NCBI GenBank assembly: GCA_034521595.1
Contig: JAXHMG010000003.1
Location: forward strand, 1,600,001-1,664,000
DNA length: 64,000 nt
Direction of reading: 5' to 3'
Source of the DNA: Gemmatimonadota bacterium
Lineage (GTDB): Bacteria > Gemmatimonadota > Gemmatimonadetes > Longimicrobiales > Gaopeijiaceae
Part shown: positions 9,628-19,330 of the stretch, one piece after another
Layout of the letters: every line of letters begins with the position of its first letter
Position numbering within the stretch: position 1 is the stretch's first letter
The notes under the pieces: model-generated
What the model was told of the DNA's origin: nothing
The model's database searches: none
What the model saw: the letters and a program-made list of their open reading frames with translations, nothing else
Made by a program: the position numbers and the translations under genes

Positions 9628-10008
9628 TCAGGGCTCCGGCTCGTCCGGCGTGCCGCCCCCTCCGGGCGTCGCCGGAGTTGCTTCCCCACCGCCTCCACCG
9701 GGCAGAACCGGCTCGGGTTGTGTCTGGGGGTTCGCGGGCTGATCGACCTCGATGATCGACTCGGGCGCCTGCGTACGGGACGACATGATCGACAGAACCA
9801 GGGCGAGCACCATGAAGATGCTTCCGGCCACCCAGGTGGCTCGGGTGAGCACGGTCTGAGCCTGGCGACCACCGAGGACGCCTTCGGTCATGGTGGAACC
9901 GCTACCACCAACGGCGGCCAAGCCGCCTCCTTTCCCTGCTTGGAGCAGGATGACGACCGATAAGATGATGCCGTCGAGGACCATCAGGGCGAGCAAGAAT
10001 CCGTACAT
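9628..10008 (-). CDS. secG: Preprotein translocase SecG
   Basis: ILLQAGKGGGLA...LTRAT, two TM helices, downstream of tpiA. Confidence 0.92.
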   Translation of the reverse strand: MYGFLLALMVLDGIILSVVILLQAGKGGGLAAVGGSGSTMTEGVLGGRQAQTVLTRATWVAGSIFMVLALVLSIMSSRTQAPESIIEVDQPANPQTQPEPVLPGGGGGEATPATPGGGGTPDEPEP

Positions 10009-10076
10009 CGTCTATAGTTCCCTGTGAACAGCCTGCGCGGGCGAGACCGTAAACGTCGATCAGCCCATGGGGAGTG

Positions 10077-10826
10077 TCAACGGCTTGCCGCCGCCCCGAT
10101 CGCCGCGAACGAGCCCGGATCGAAGCTCGCCCCTCCGACCAGGACGCCGTCCACGTCCTGCGCGGCCAGAAGCGCCGCCGCGTTCGCCGGCTTCACCGAT
10201 CCTCCATAGAGGATCGGGACGTTCGGCGCGCCGGCCACCCCGACTCCGTCCTCCAAGCAGCCACGGAGCGTCGCGTGCGCTGCCGCGGCGTCGTCCGGTG
10301 TCGCGGTCTCGCCGGTTCCGATCGCCCAGACCGGCTCATACGCCACCAGGAATCGGACCCCCTCGTGTGCGAGGGCCGGCAGCACGAAGCCGAGCTGGCG
10401 CAGGATCACGTCTTCGACCCGGCCGGCACGTCGTTCTTCCAAGGTTTCCCCGACACATACGACGGGCGTGAGCTCGTGCCGGATCGCGGCCTCGACCTTG
10501 TTGCGCACCTCTTCGTCGGTCTCACCGAACACGTGCCGTCGCTCGGAGTGGCCGACCAACACGAAGGTGGCGCCCGCATCCCGAGCCATCCGCGCCGAAG
10601 TCTCGCCGGTGAAGGCGCCCTCGTCTTCCCAATGGATATGCTGTACGCCGAGCGCAACACGCGGTAACCGTTCGCTCGCCCGCACCGCATCCGAGAGGGA
10701 GATCGTCGGTGGAAAGATCACGACCTCGTGTTCCTCGTCGACCTCGTCGAGCGCCAGTCCCTCGAAGAACGCGCGGGTCTCGGCCGGACCGTGGTGCATC
10801 TTCCAGTTGCCCGCGATCACCGACAT
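10077..10826 (-). CDS. tpiA: Triosephosphate isomerase
   Basis: AGNWKM, GHSERR, AYEPVWAIGTG, YGGSV. Confidence 0.97.
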   Translation of the reverse strand: MSVIAGNWKMHHGPAETRAFFEGLALDEVDEEHEVVIFPPTISLSDAVRASERLPRVALGVQHIHWEDEGAFTGETSARMARDAGATFVLVGHSERRHVFGETDEEVRNKVEAAIRHELTPVVCVGETLEERRAGRVEDVILRQLGFVLPALAHEGVRFLVAYEPVWAIGTGETATPDDAAAAHATLRGCLEDGVGVAGAPNVPILYGGSVKPANAAALLAAQDVDGVLVGGASFDPGSFAAIGAAASR

Positions 10827-10827
10827 C

Positions 10828-12051
10828 CTAAATCTCCTCTTGCGAGACGCTGGCTGGCGTGAGTGACGCGACGCCCGGTAGGACTTCGCCGGCCAGCAGG
10901 TCGAGCGAAGCCCCCCCACCCGTGGAGATATGGGAGATACGGTCCGCCACTCCCGCCCTCTCGGCAGCAGCACCGGAATCGCCTCCCCCCACGATGCCGA
11001 GGGCTCCATCGTCGCACGCTTCGGCCACGGCATGGGCGATCGACATCGTGCCCTCGGCGAACGGGGGCATCTCGAAGACTCCCATCGGCCCGTTCCAGAC
11101 GATGGTCCGCGCCTCGCCAACGAGCGCGGCGTAGTGCGCACGCGTCCTGGGCCCGATATCCATGATCCGGTCATCCGGGCCCACCGCTTCACGGTCGACG
11201 ACTCGGGTCCGGGCATCGGCCGCGACTTCATCCGCCACGATACAGTCGAGAGGCAGCACGAGCTGATTTTCCGCCTCACGGATGAGCTCCCGGGCCATGT
11301 CCACCCGGTCCTCCTCGACCAACGACGCACCGGTATCGAGCCCCAGAGCTCGAAAGAAGGTGTTGGCCATGGCGCCCCCGATGAGCAGACGATCCACTTT
11401 TCGCAGCAGGGCCGAGATGACGGGGATCTTTCCCGACATCTTCGCGCCTCCGAGAATGCCGATGAACGGTCGCTCCGGGTCACGCAGCGCGTCGTTCAGG
11501 AAGCGCAACTCACGGTCGAGGAGCATCCCGACGACCGCTTCACCCCCTCGCTCGATCACCGCCTCGGCGAGCCCCGACGTCGACGCATGGGCTCGATGGG
11601 CCGTTCCGAACGCGTCATAGACGAACAGGTCGGCGAGCGAAGCCCACGCCCCGGCCAACTCCGGATCGTTCCCCGTGTCGCCTGGAAGGTAGCGCGTGTT
11701 CTCGAGCAACAGCACGCCACCGTCGGACAGGTCCCGGACGGCCGCTTCGACGGAGGGTCCCACGGGCTCGGGCACGAACTCAACGGGACGCCCGAGCAGT
11801 TCCTCCAGCCGCTCGGCCACCGGGGCTAGCGTGTATTTCGGCTCCGGCCGTCCCTTCGGTCGGCCCATATGGGACATGACCACGGTTCGGGCTCCGGCAT
11901 CCGACAGCATTCGCAGTGTAGGAAGTGACGCCCGAATCCGTCCGTCGTCCGTGATGCGACCGTTCTCGGTCGGGACGTTGAAGTCGGCACGAACGAGAGC
12001 AACCCGTCCGCTCAGGCGCGCAGGATCGAGGTTCGAGAGTTTCTTTCTCAT
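10828..12051 (-). CDS. pgk: Phosphoglycerate kinase
   Basis: RADFNVP, SHMGRP, DAFGTAHR, WNGPMGVFE, STGGGA. Confidence 0.97.
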   Translation of the reverse strand: MRKKLSNLDPARLSGRVALVRADFNVPTENGRITDDGRIRASLPTLRMLSDAGARTVVMSHMGRPKGRPEPKYTLAPVAERLEELLGRPVEFVPEPVGPSVEAAVRDLSDGGVLLLENTRYLPGDTGNDPELAGAWASLADLFVYDAFGTAHRAHASTSGLAEAVIERGGEAVVGMLLDRELRFLNDALRDPERPFIGILGGAKMSGKIPVISALLRKVDRLLIGGAMANTFFRALGLDTGASLVEEDRVDMARELIREAENQLVLPLDCIVADEVAADARTRVVDREAVGPDDRIMDIGPRTRAHYAALVGEARTIVWNGPMGVFEMPPFAEGTMSIAHAVAEACDDGALGIVGGGDSGAAAERAGVADRISHISTGGGASLDLLAGEVLPGVASLTPASVSQEEI

Positions 12052-12109
12052 GCTCCGAGCGCAGAAAATCGGGGGAACGTCGAGCGCGACGGACGGATCC
12101 GCCACGCGT

Positions 12110-12394
12110 TAGCAGCCCGTGGCAGAAGTTGGGTGGGCCGCGTTGGGACGCCACGGCCCCAGACCCTAGGCGACACGACGAGGCATAGCCCTGAGCTACG
12201 TCAAGGAGTGGCAACGACGGAGATGGGGCCGTGCCGCCCAACCCGAAGGCACGGGGTTGCGGCATCTACTGCGTCAAGCTCCTCCGACGTTGGCATCGCA
12301 TTCGTCGCTCTTCCTTGTCTGATATCCGCAAGACCCGGGCACCGCCGCGCAGCGGTGGTCGCGCGGCCCACCCAACTTCTGCCACGGGCTGCTA
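12110..12394. mobile_element. MITE-like non-autonomous element with perfect 33-bp terminal inverted repeats
   Basis: TAGCAGCCCGTGGCAGAAGTTGGGTGGGCCGCG (12110-12142) is the exact reverse complement of 12362-12394; ends sit in TTAG/CTAG; no transposase. Confidence 0.8.
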
Positions 12395-13405
12395 GGAGAG
12401 CCGCTCTCCGACGTAGCTCACCAGGTCCACGACACGGGAGGAATATCCCCACTCGTTGTCGTACCAGGACACCACCTTCACCATCCGTCCCTGAACGACA
12501 TTGGTGGAGAGGCTGTCGACGACCGAGCTCAGTGGATTCCCCGTGTAGTCGATCGACACGAGCGGCTCGTCGCAGACGCCGAGAATCCCGTTCATGGCAC
12601 CCTTCGACACCTCGGCGAACGTCTCGTTCACCTCTTCGATCGTCGTGTCTTTCTCGACCTCGGCGACGAGGTCCACCAACGAGACGTCCGGCGTCGGCAC
12701 CCGGATCGCCATGCCGTCGATCCGACCGTCCACCTCGGGCAAGACCAGGCCCGTGGCTCGCGCCGCACCGGTCGTCGTGGGGATCATCGACATCGCTGCC
12801 GCCCGCGAGCGACGAGCATCCTTGTGCGGAAGGTCGAGAATACGCTGGTCGTTCGTGTAGGAGTGCACCGTGGTCATCAGACCGTGCCGGAATCCGAATC
12901 GGTCACTCAGGACCTTCACCACCGGCGCGAGGCAGTTCGTGGTGCAACTCGCATTGGAGATCACGTCGTGGCGCTCAGGATCGTAGCTGTCCTCGTTCAC
13001 GCCGAGCACGACGGTGACGTCTTCCCCTTTGCCCGGCGCCGTGATGACGACCTTGCGCGCCCCTCCCTCTAGGTGTTTGGCGGCCGCGTCCCGGCTCGTG
13101 AAGAGCCCGGTCGACTCCACGACCACGTCTACGCCGAGGTCGGCCCACGGGAGCTTCGCGGGATCCCGCTCGCTCAACACCCGAACGGGGTCACCGTCGA
13201 CGACGATCCCGTCGTCGGAGAGCTCGATCGTCCCGGGGTATTGTCCGTGAACCGAGTCGTACCGGAGCAAATGCGCCAGGGTCTCGGCGTCGGTCAGGTC
13301 GTTCACGGCGACGAAATCAATATCCGTTCGCCCTGCTTGCTTGGCGCTCCGGAGGACGTTCCGTCCGATTCGCCCGAACCCGTTGATCGCTACTCGCACC
13401 GCCAT
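12392..13405 (-). CDS. gap: Glyceraldehyde-3-phosphate dehydrogenase type I
   Basis: [28 protein letters not shown]. Confidence 0.97.
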   Translation of the reverse strand: MAVRVAINGFGRIGRNVLRSAKQAGRTDIDFVAVNDLTDAETLAHLLRYDSVHGQYPGTIELSDDGIVVDGDPVRVLSERDPAKLPWADLGVDVVVESTGLFTSRDAAAKHLEGGARKVVITAPGKGEDVTVVLGVNEDSYDPERHDVISNASCTTNCLAPVVKVLSDRFGFRHGLMTTVHSYTNDQRILDLPHKDARRSRAAAMSMIPTTTGAARATGLVLPEVDGRIDGMAIRVPTPDVSLVDLVAEVEKDTTIEEVNETFAEVSKGAMNGILGVCDEPLVSIDYTGNPLSSVVDSLSTNVVQGRMVKVVSWYDNEWGYSSRVVDLVSYVGERLS

Positions 13406-13469
13406 GATTCTCGGTCCTGTTTGGTGATGGAAAGGAGGTGTGGGAAGTCTCTTCCCGGAAACATAACCC

Positions 13470-14225
13470 TCAAGCTACCCGCCGCGCTCCGTTGCTCAGG
13501 GAGCGGGCGAACGTCACCACCCCGACGCGCGCCGCCTCCAGCTCCGCGAGCGCCTCCGCCGCCGCCGAGACGGTCGCACCCGTCGTGAGCACATCGTCCA
13601 CGAGCAGCACGGATCGCCCCCGTACGCGGTCGGCGTCGGCGGCGGGCGCGAACGCGTTCCGGACGTTCCGGCGCCGCTGCTCGGGAGTCAGCGCCGTCTG
13701 TGAGCTCGAAGCACCGGTGCGGACGAGCGCAACCGCCGAAGGCAGCCGTCGAACCTCCGCGATACGGTGAGCGAGCAACCCCGCTTGGTTGTACCCTCGC
13801 GCGCGCATGCGTCCCGGCGTGGTCGGAATCGCGACGACGAGGGGATTTGGAGTGAGCGGGGGGAGCTCCATCCGAGCCATCACGTCGCCCATGAACGGGG
13901 CCAGCTCGCGCCAGCCTTCGTACTTCAACCCGTGCACCAGATCGTCGACGGGAGGCGCGAGCTCGTATGCGAACCGGGCCCCGGCAAGGATATCCGGCCA
14001 ATCGGCGCACTCCCGACACTCCAGCGAACCGAGGCGGCCACTCCCTCGGGGCCAATGACAGCGTGGGCACCGGGGCCACGAACCCGGGCGCATCCGCGTT
14101 CGACAGAAATCGCATACCAGTTTCGGGGGGCTCCCTTCACGGGCGGGGATCCACCCACCGCAGGCGACGCACCCTCCCGGGAGGAGGAGCTCGACGAGGT
14201 CGGCGGCCCAACCACGAAGCGCCAT
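13470..14225 (-). CDS. comF: ComF family protein (zinc ribbon + phosphoribosyltransferase)
   Basis: CxxC pairs, [18 protein letters not shown]. Confidence 0.88.
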   Translation of the reverse strand: MALRGWAADLVELLLPGGCVACGGWIPAREGSPPKLVCDFCRTRMRPGSWPRCPRCHWPRGSGRLGSLECRECADWPDILAGARFAYELAPPVDDLVHGLKYEGWRELAPFMGDVMARMELPPLTPNPLVVAIPTTPGRMRARGYNQAGLLAHRIAEVRRLPSAVALVRTGASSSQTALTPEQRRRNVRNAFAPAADADRVRGRSVLLVDDVLTTGATVSAAAEALAELEAARVGVVTFARSLSNGARRVA

Positions 14226-14229
14226 CCGC

Positions 14230-15069
14230 TCACGCTCCGGAAGCACCGTCGAGGGCGTCCCGCATGGCATCGACAGGTGCCTCTACGTTCCACCAACGTT
14301 CGAACGCCACCGCACCTTGCTGCACGAGCATCTCCAGGCCGTCCGTCACGCGAACGCCCTGTCGATCCGCCGCACGCACGAACGCCGTGGGCTGGGGCGC
14401 GTACACGAGGTCCATCGCAGCGCCCACCGTACCCAGTGCCCCGAAGTCGATCGGAGACGGATCGTCGGGCGCGAGCCCGAGCGGCGTGGCGTTGACGACG
14501 AGGTCGAACTCCATCCCCTTCAGGTTGGACGCTTCGTCCAAGACCCGTGCGCGCTCGCCTCCGATCCGACGTGCCACGGCACGGGCGTGCTCGGGGGTTC
14601 GGTTGAACAGCGTCACCCCCTCGACCTCCTCGCGCATCAAGGCGAGGAGGACGGCGCGCGCGGCGCCACCGGCACCGAGCAGGAGGACGCGCCGACCCGC
14701 GATCGGCTCCGAGAGGAAGGAACGGAGCGCGCGTCGGAAGCCTTCGACGTCGGTGTTGTCTCCGTGGACGCGGCCCTTCTCATCGCCCCAAAAGGTGTTG
14801 CACGCTCCTGTCCGCCACACGGCCTCGCTCGCTTCGTCGAGCAATCCCGCGGCCCGCTGCTTGTGGGGAAGCGTGACGTTCCCTCCTCCCCCCGCCCGCG
14901 CGATTCCGCGGACGAGCCCCGCCAGCTCGTCGGCACCGCAGCTCAGCGTCACATAGACCCCGTCCACCCCCGCCTTCGCGAAGCCCGCGTTCTGCATGTC
15001 CGGCGAGGCGGAGTGCCCCACGGGATCGCCGAGGAGGACCAGCAAACGGGTCGCTGCCGTGACCGTCAC
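14230..15069 (-). CDS. aroE: Shikimate dehydrogenase
   Basis: GDPVGHSASP, NVTLPHK, DNTD, GAGGAARA, NATPLG. Confidence 0.93.
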   Translation of the reverse strand: MTVTAATRLLVLLGDPVGHSASPDMQNAGFAKAGVDGVYVTLSCGADELAGLVRGIARAGGGGNVTLPHKQRAAGLLDEASEAVWRTGACNTFWGDEKGRVHGDNTDVEGFRRALRSFLSEPIAGRRVLLLGAGGAARAVLLALMREEVEGVTLFNRTPEHARAVARRIGGERARVLDEASNLKGMEFDLVVNATPLGLAPDDPSPIDFGALGTVGAAMDLVYAPQPTAFVRAADRQGVRVTDGLEMLVQQGAVAFERWWNVEAPVDAMRDALDGASGA

Positions 15070-15611
15070 CGCCGGGCCTCGGGCTCGAGCCGGAGCAGAA
15101 CCTTCTCGACCAGCTCTTCGAGCCTCTCGTATGTCTTGTCGTACTCACGGTCGGAGCTTCCCACGGGATCCGGGATCCCCTCCGTCTCCGCCGCGGTCTC
15201 CCGCCCTTCGGCGTACGCGGGCAGCAATGCGGCGCGTCCTCCACCCCCGAGGTCGCTCACACGCATCAGGTGGCTGCGTGACATGGTCAAGATGAGATCC
15301 GCCCACTCGACCTCGCGGCGGGTCAACAACGTGGCTCGGTGGTCGGCGAGGTCGATGCCACGTGCCGCGGCCGCCCGCACCGCTCCACCGGACGGCGGGG
15401 AGCCCGGGAACGCGCCGGCTCCGGCCGAGCGGACTTCGAAGCCCTCCCAACCCCGAGTCCGGAGGATATCCCGGGTGATCGCTTCGGCCATGGGACTGCG
15501 ACACGTGTTGCCGGAACACACGAAGAGGAGTCGATAGGTCCCTCCCTGCCTCCGGCCTTCCGGCGTCGCATCCGTGCGCGGTCCGTCACCGTCAGTGGTC
15601 GGGTCGCTCAT
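15066..15611 (-). CDS. Low-molecular-weight protein (Arg/Tyr) phosphatase
   Basis: FVCSGNTCRSPMAE P-loop, IPDPVG. Confidence 0.9.
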   Translation of the reverse strand: MSDPTTDGDGPRTDATPEGRRQGGTYRLLFVCSGNTCRSPMAEAITRDILRTRGWEGFEVRSAGAGAFPGSPPSGGAVRAAAARGIDLADHRATLLTRREVEWADLILTMSRSHLMRVSDLGGGGRAALLPAYAEGRETAAETEGIPDPVGSSDREYDKTYERLEELVEKVLLRLEPEARR

Positions 15612-16254
15612 GAATCTCCGGTATGGCACAGCGCAGGCGTCCCGTGGGAATGCTGCCTTCCCGCAGGACGATCGGAACGGGCCCCGTGCAGTCCACCACC
15701 GTGGACGGCAAGGAGGGAGGGAGCGTGCCTCCGTCCAGCACCAAGATCTCGTCCGGGCCGAGCTCCCCAGCAACCTCCAACGCCTCCCTACCCGTTCGAG
15801 CGGGGCGTGTGCCGGGCACGTTCAGGCTCGTCGACGTGATCGGTCGACCATACGCGGCCAGAAGCCGGCGCACGAACGGATGAGGGCTCACCCTCACGCC
15901 CACGCCATCCGTGCGTTCACTCCGAATCCCGACCGGGAAAATATGGTTCGAATCTTTCAGGACCAGAGTGAGCGCGCCCGGCCAGAAGGCCCGGGCCAGC
16001 GTACGCGCCGCCTCGGACCAAGCGAGCGCCGCCACGGCTTCCGGGCCGTCGACGAGCACCAACAGGGGTTTCGAGCCGTCCCGAGCCTTCAACGTCTGGA
16101 CCTTCCGGACAGCCTCGCTCGTGACCGATCCACCCAACCCGTAAACGGTCTCGGTCGGATACGCGAGAAGACGACCTTTCTCGAGGTGAGCGAGCACGGG
16201 CATCAAATCCGTATCGGGATCTCCCCTGAGATCGATACGCCGTGCCGTCCTCAT
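15592..16254 (-). CDS. tsaC: L-threonylcarbamoyladenylate synthase (TsaC/Sua5 family)
   Basis: YPTETVYGL, FWPGALTLV, STSLN, PSTVVD. Confidence 0.9.
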   Translation of the reverse strand: MRTARRIDLRGDPDTDLMPVLAHLEKGRLLAYPTETVYGLGGSVTSEAVRKVQTLKARDGSKPLLVLVDGPEAVAALAWSEAARTLARAFWPGALTLVLKDSNHIFPVGIRSERTDGVGVRVSPHPFVRRLLAAYGRPITSTSLNVPGTRPARTGREALEVAGELGPDEILVLDGGTLPPSLPSTVVDCTGPVPIVLREGSIPTGRLRCAIPEIHERPDH

Positions 16255-16955
16255 CCTCCCTCCACTGCGAGGTGCGCCAGCAGCGCCTCCCCGAGGGCGA
16301 GATCGGCGGGACGCGTGACCTTGAAGTTCCCCGCGCCCGCGTCGATCATCTGGATGCGAAGCCCGGTCGCCTCGACGAGGGTCGCATCGTCCGTGCCGGG
16401 TTCGACGAGCTCACGGTAGGCGCGCCGCAGGGCATCGGCGGGAAAGGCCTGCGGCGTCTGAGCGTGCCAGAGCGTCTCGCGCCGGGGTGTCTCCAACACC
16501 GCACCGTCCGGCCCCACCCGCTTCATCGTGTCCACGGCAGGCGTGCCGGCAACCGCTCCCACTCCGGTGGCTGCGAGATCGAGACACGTGCGCACCACCT
16601 CGGCCGTGACGAACGGACGGGCTCCGTCGTGCACCGCGATGACCTCGACGTCATCGGGCAGGCCCGAGAGCGCGCGCCGAACCGATTCCGCCCGGGTGGC
16701 CCCACCCTCGACGATGCGAATCCGGGCATCGAGGTCGGCCAACCACTGCGGTGGGTCGGCGGCTTCCTCGTGGGCGAGCGCGACGACGACGGCGACCGTT
16801 CTGGGGTCGGACAGGAACGGACCCAACGCACGTTCGAGGACCGGTCTGCCCTGGAGCTCGAGGAACGGCTTTTTCACGCCTCCCATCCGCCGCCCCGATC
16901 CCGCCGCCGGGACCACCACGCCCGCCGAGAATGGTGTGTCTCGTGCATCGGTCAC
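16251..16955 (-). CDS. ispD: 2-C-methyl-D-erythritol 4-phosphate cytidylyltransferase
   Basis: PAAGSGRRMG, VHDGARP, AQTPQAF, TDDA, NFKVT (3' part of ORF 16251-17876). Confidence 0.93.
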   Translation of the reverse strand: MTDARDTPFSAGVVVPAAGSGRRMGGVKKPFLELQGRPVLERALGPFLSDPRTVAVVVALAHEEAADPPQWLADLDARIRIVEGGATRAESVRRALSGLPDDVEVIAVHDGARPFVTAEVVRTCLDLAATGVGAVAGTPAVDTMKRVGPDGAVLETPRRETLWHAQTPQAFPADALRRAYRELVEPGTDDATLVEATGLRIQMIDAGAGNFKVTRPADLALGEALLAHLAVEGG

Positions 16956-18388
16956 GGGCCGAAGCCACCACCTTCGTCGCCCCCGGCACCGTTCCCGAAC
17001 GTGCCCGGGGCGACGGAATCGAACCGCGTGTACGCCTTCTGAAAGAAGAGCGACACCACACCCGTCGGTCCATTCCGCTGCTTCGCAACGATCAACTCCG
17101 CCTGGCCTTCCAACTCCTCCTGCTTCTCCGCCGGAGCATAGTATTCGGGCCGGAAGAGAAACATGACGACATCGGCATCCTGCTCGATCGAACCGGACTC
17201 TCTCAGATCCGAGAGCATGGGTCGCTTGTCGGTGCGCTGCTCGGGTCCACGGCTGAGCTGGGACAGGGCGATGACCGGCACATCGAGCTCGCGTGCGAGC
17301 GCCTTGAGACCGCGTGAGATCTGGCTCACTTCCTGCACCCGGCTCTCCGCCTGACCGGCTCCCGACATGAGCTGCATGTAGTCGATGACGACCATGCCGA
17401 GATCCTTGCCGTCCGAGCGGAGGTCGGACTGCAGACGTCGCCCCTTGGCGCGAATCTCGAGCACGTTGCTTCCAGGCTCGTCGTCGATCCAGATGGGCGC
17501 GGTGTTCAGATGCCCGGCCGCCGCCGCCAGCCGCTGATGCTCTTCCTGGGAGAGACGTCCCTTTCGGAGCTTCTGAGCGTCGATGCGTCCTTCCGCGCAG
17601 AGGAGCCGCTGCACGAGCTGCTCGGAAGACATCTCCAGGGAGAAGATCGCCACCGGGGTCTCGTTCGAGATCGCCGCGTTCGCGGCCACGTTCATCACCC
17701 AGGCCGTCTTTCCCATGGACGGACGGGCGGCCACGATGACGAGGTCCCCCTTCTGGAGGCCAGTCGTCATCCGGTCGAGGTCCGGGAATCCGCTCGCCAC
17801 TCCGGTGATGCCACCATCGGCCTGCTGGAGGCGCTCGATGTTCTCGAAGGCCGACCAGAGAATCTCCTTGATCCATACGAACCCTTCCCGCTTGTGGCTT
17901 TCGGCCACCTGGAAGATCCGTGCCTCCGCCTCGTCGAGGAGCTCGTCGACATCCTTCTCACCCTGCTCGTACACGTCGCGGATGATCTGGGAAGACTGTT
18001 CCACGAGGCGGCGGAGCAGAGCCTTGTCCCGAACGATGCGCGCGTGGTACTCGAGGTTGGCGGCCGTCGGCACGGCATCGACGAGGCTTCCCAGGTAGTC
18101 GAAGCCGCCGGCGGATTCCAGCTCCCCGGTCTTCTTCAGCTCCTCGGACACCATGATGACGTCGATCACGTCGCCGCGCTCGAACAGGCGGATCATCGCC
18201 CGGTACAGACGGCGGTTCGCCTCGCGGTAGAACATCGTGTCACTCAGGACCTCGACCGCCCGGGTGACGGCGTCACGATCGATGAGCATCCCGCCGAGGA
18301 TCGCGGTTTCCGCTTCCAACGAAAACGGCGGCGTGCGGTCGAAAACCGCCTGGGTCAGGGACGAGGGTTCTTCCAAACCGGGACTCAC
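16952..18388 (-). CDS. dnaB: Replicative DNA helicase
   Basis: AARPSMGKT, IDYMQLM, LSQLSR, DLRESGSIEQDAD, KQRNGPTG. Confidence 0.97.
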   Translation of the reverse strand: MSPGLEEPSSLTQAVFDRTPPFSLEAETAILGGMLIDRDAVTRAVEVLSDTMFYREANRRLYRAMIRLFERGDVIDVIMVSEELKKTGELESAGGFDYLGSLVDAVPTAANLEYHARIVRDKALLRRLVEQSSQIIRDVYEQGEKDVDELLDEAEARIFQVAESHKREGFVWIKEILWSAFENIERLQQADGGITGVASGFPDLDRMTTGLQKGDLVIVAARPSMGKTAWVMNVAANAAISNETPVAIFSLEMSSEQLVQRLLCAEGRIDAQKLRKGRLSQEEHQRLAAAAGHLNTAPIWIDDEPGSNVLEIRAKGRRLQSDLRSDGKDLGMVVIDYMQLMSGAGQAESRVQEVSQISRGLKALARELDVPVIALSQLSRGPEQRTDKRPMLSDLRESGSIEQDADVVMFLFRPEYYAPAEKQEELEGQAELIVAKQRNGPTGVVSLFFQKAYTRFDSVAPGTFGNGAGGDEGGGFGP

Positions 18389-18433
18389 GAGCTCGAGGGT
18401 CCGACAGGCCGCCCGGAAGGGCGGATCCGCAAT

Positions 18434-19330
18434 CTACCGGACGTCGTGGTCTTCGAGGTAGGGGCCGTCCAGGACGTCCCGCAGGAGCTGGAGATCGTCC
18501 CAGAACGCACGAGTCCAGTTCGCGTTCCGAAGGAGCGCTGCCGGGTGGTACGTCACCACGAGGGGCACGCCCCGGTAGCTGTGCACCTCGCCCCGGAGCT
18601 TCCCCAACGCCGCTTTCTCGTGGCTGGTCAACAGCTTCGCGGCGAACGACCCGACGGCGAGGATGGCTCGGGGCTCGACGACATCGATCTGCTTGAGGAG
18701 GTAGGGTGAGCAGGTCTCGATCTCGTCCGGCTCCGGATCGCGATTCCCCGGCGGGCGACACTTCAAGACGTTACAGATGTAGACCGACTCCTCGCGCGAA
18801 AGATCGACCGTGGCCAGCAAGAGGTCGAGGAACTTTCCCGCCGCCCCCACGAACGGAAGCCCGGTCGCGTCCTCGTTGGCGCCCGGAGCCTCCCCGACGA
18901 CCATCAGGCGGGCATCGGGAACGCCGTCGGAGAAAACCACCTGCGTGCGGTTCTCGGAGAGCCCGCAGCGCGTGCACCCGAGCGCGACGTCACGAAGCGC
19001 ATCGTGTTCGTCCGGAAGGACCGGGAGCTCCTGCTCCGGCTCCACAGGGCCGGGAGGCGCCGCACTGGGCGCGCCCGCGGTCGGGGGGGGCGCTTGCGGA
19101 CCATCTGCCGGCATTCGGCTCGGGCGCGCCGGATCAGCGGCCGGCCGCCGGAGCTCCGCGTCCTCCGACCGCCCCTGCCCGCCGGCCGCGGCCCCACGCG
19201 AGGCGGCTCGTGCCAGCCGAAGCACATCGTCCCGATCGAAGCGATCCAGGAACCACTCGGCTTCACCGAGCTCGATGCCCTGCCGGACGAGGCGAGCGGC
19301 TTGCTCGGCGAGCTCCTCCCGCCCGCTCAT
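18434..19330 (-). CDS. Uracil-DNA glycosylase family 4
   Basis: CTRC, GEAPGANED, KCRPPGNRDP, TYHPAALLR. Confidence 0.92.
   Translation of the reverse strand: MSGREELAEQAARLVRQGIELGEAEWFLDRFDRDDVLRLARAASRGAAAGGQGRSEDAELRRPAADPARPSRMPADGPQAPPPTAGAPSAAPPGPVEPEQELPVLPDEHDALRDVALGCTRCGLSENRTQVVFSDGVPDARLMVVGEAPGANEDATGLPFVGAAGKFLDLLLATVDLSREESVYICNVLKCRPPGNRDPEPDEIETCSPYLLKQIDVVEPRAILAVGSFAAKLLTSHEKAALGKLRGEVHSYRGVPLVVTYHPAALLRNANWTRAFWDDLQLLRDVLDGPYLEDHDVR

Noticed and set aside
10827-11483. Apparent N-terminal extension of TpiA (468-aa ORF) suggesting a Pgk-Tpi fusion
   Set aside because: The extension is an off-frame reading of pgk; pgk has its own stop and tpiA has an RBS and ATG at 10826
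12133-12452. ORFs inside the MITE as a possible transposase
   Set aside because: Too short or running antisense into gap, with no DDE or HUH motifs
16956-17876. Apparent long N-terminal extension of IspD
   Set aside because: Off-frame overlap with dnaB; the real start is about 16955
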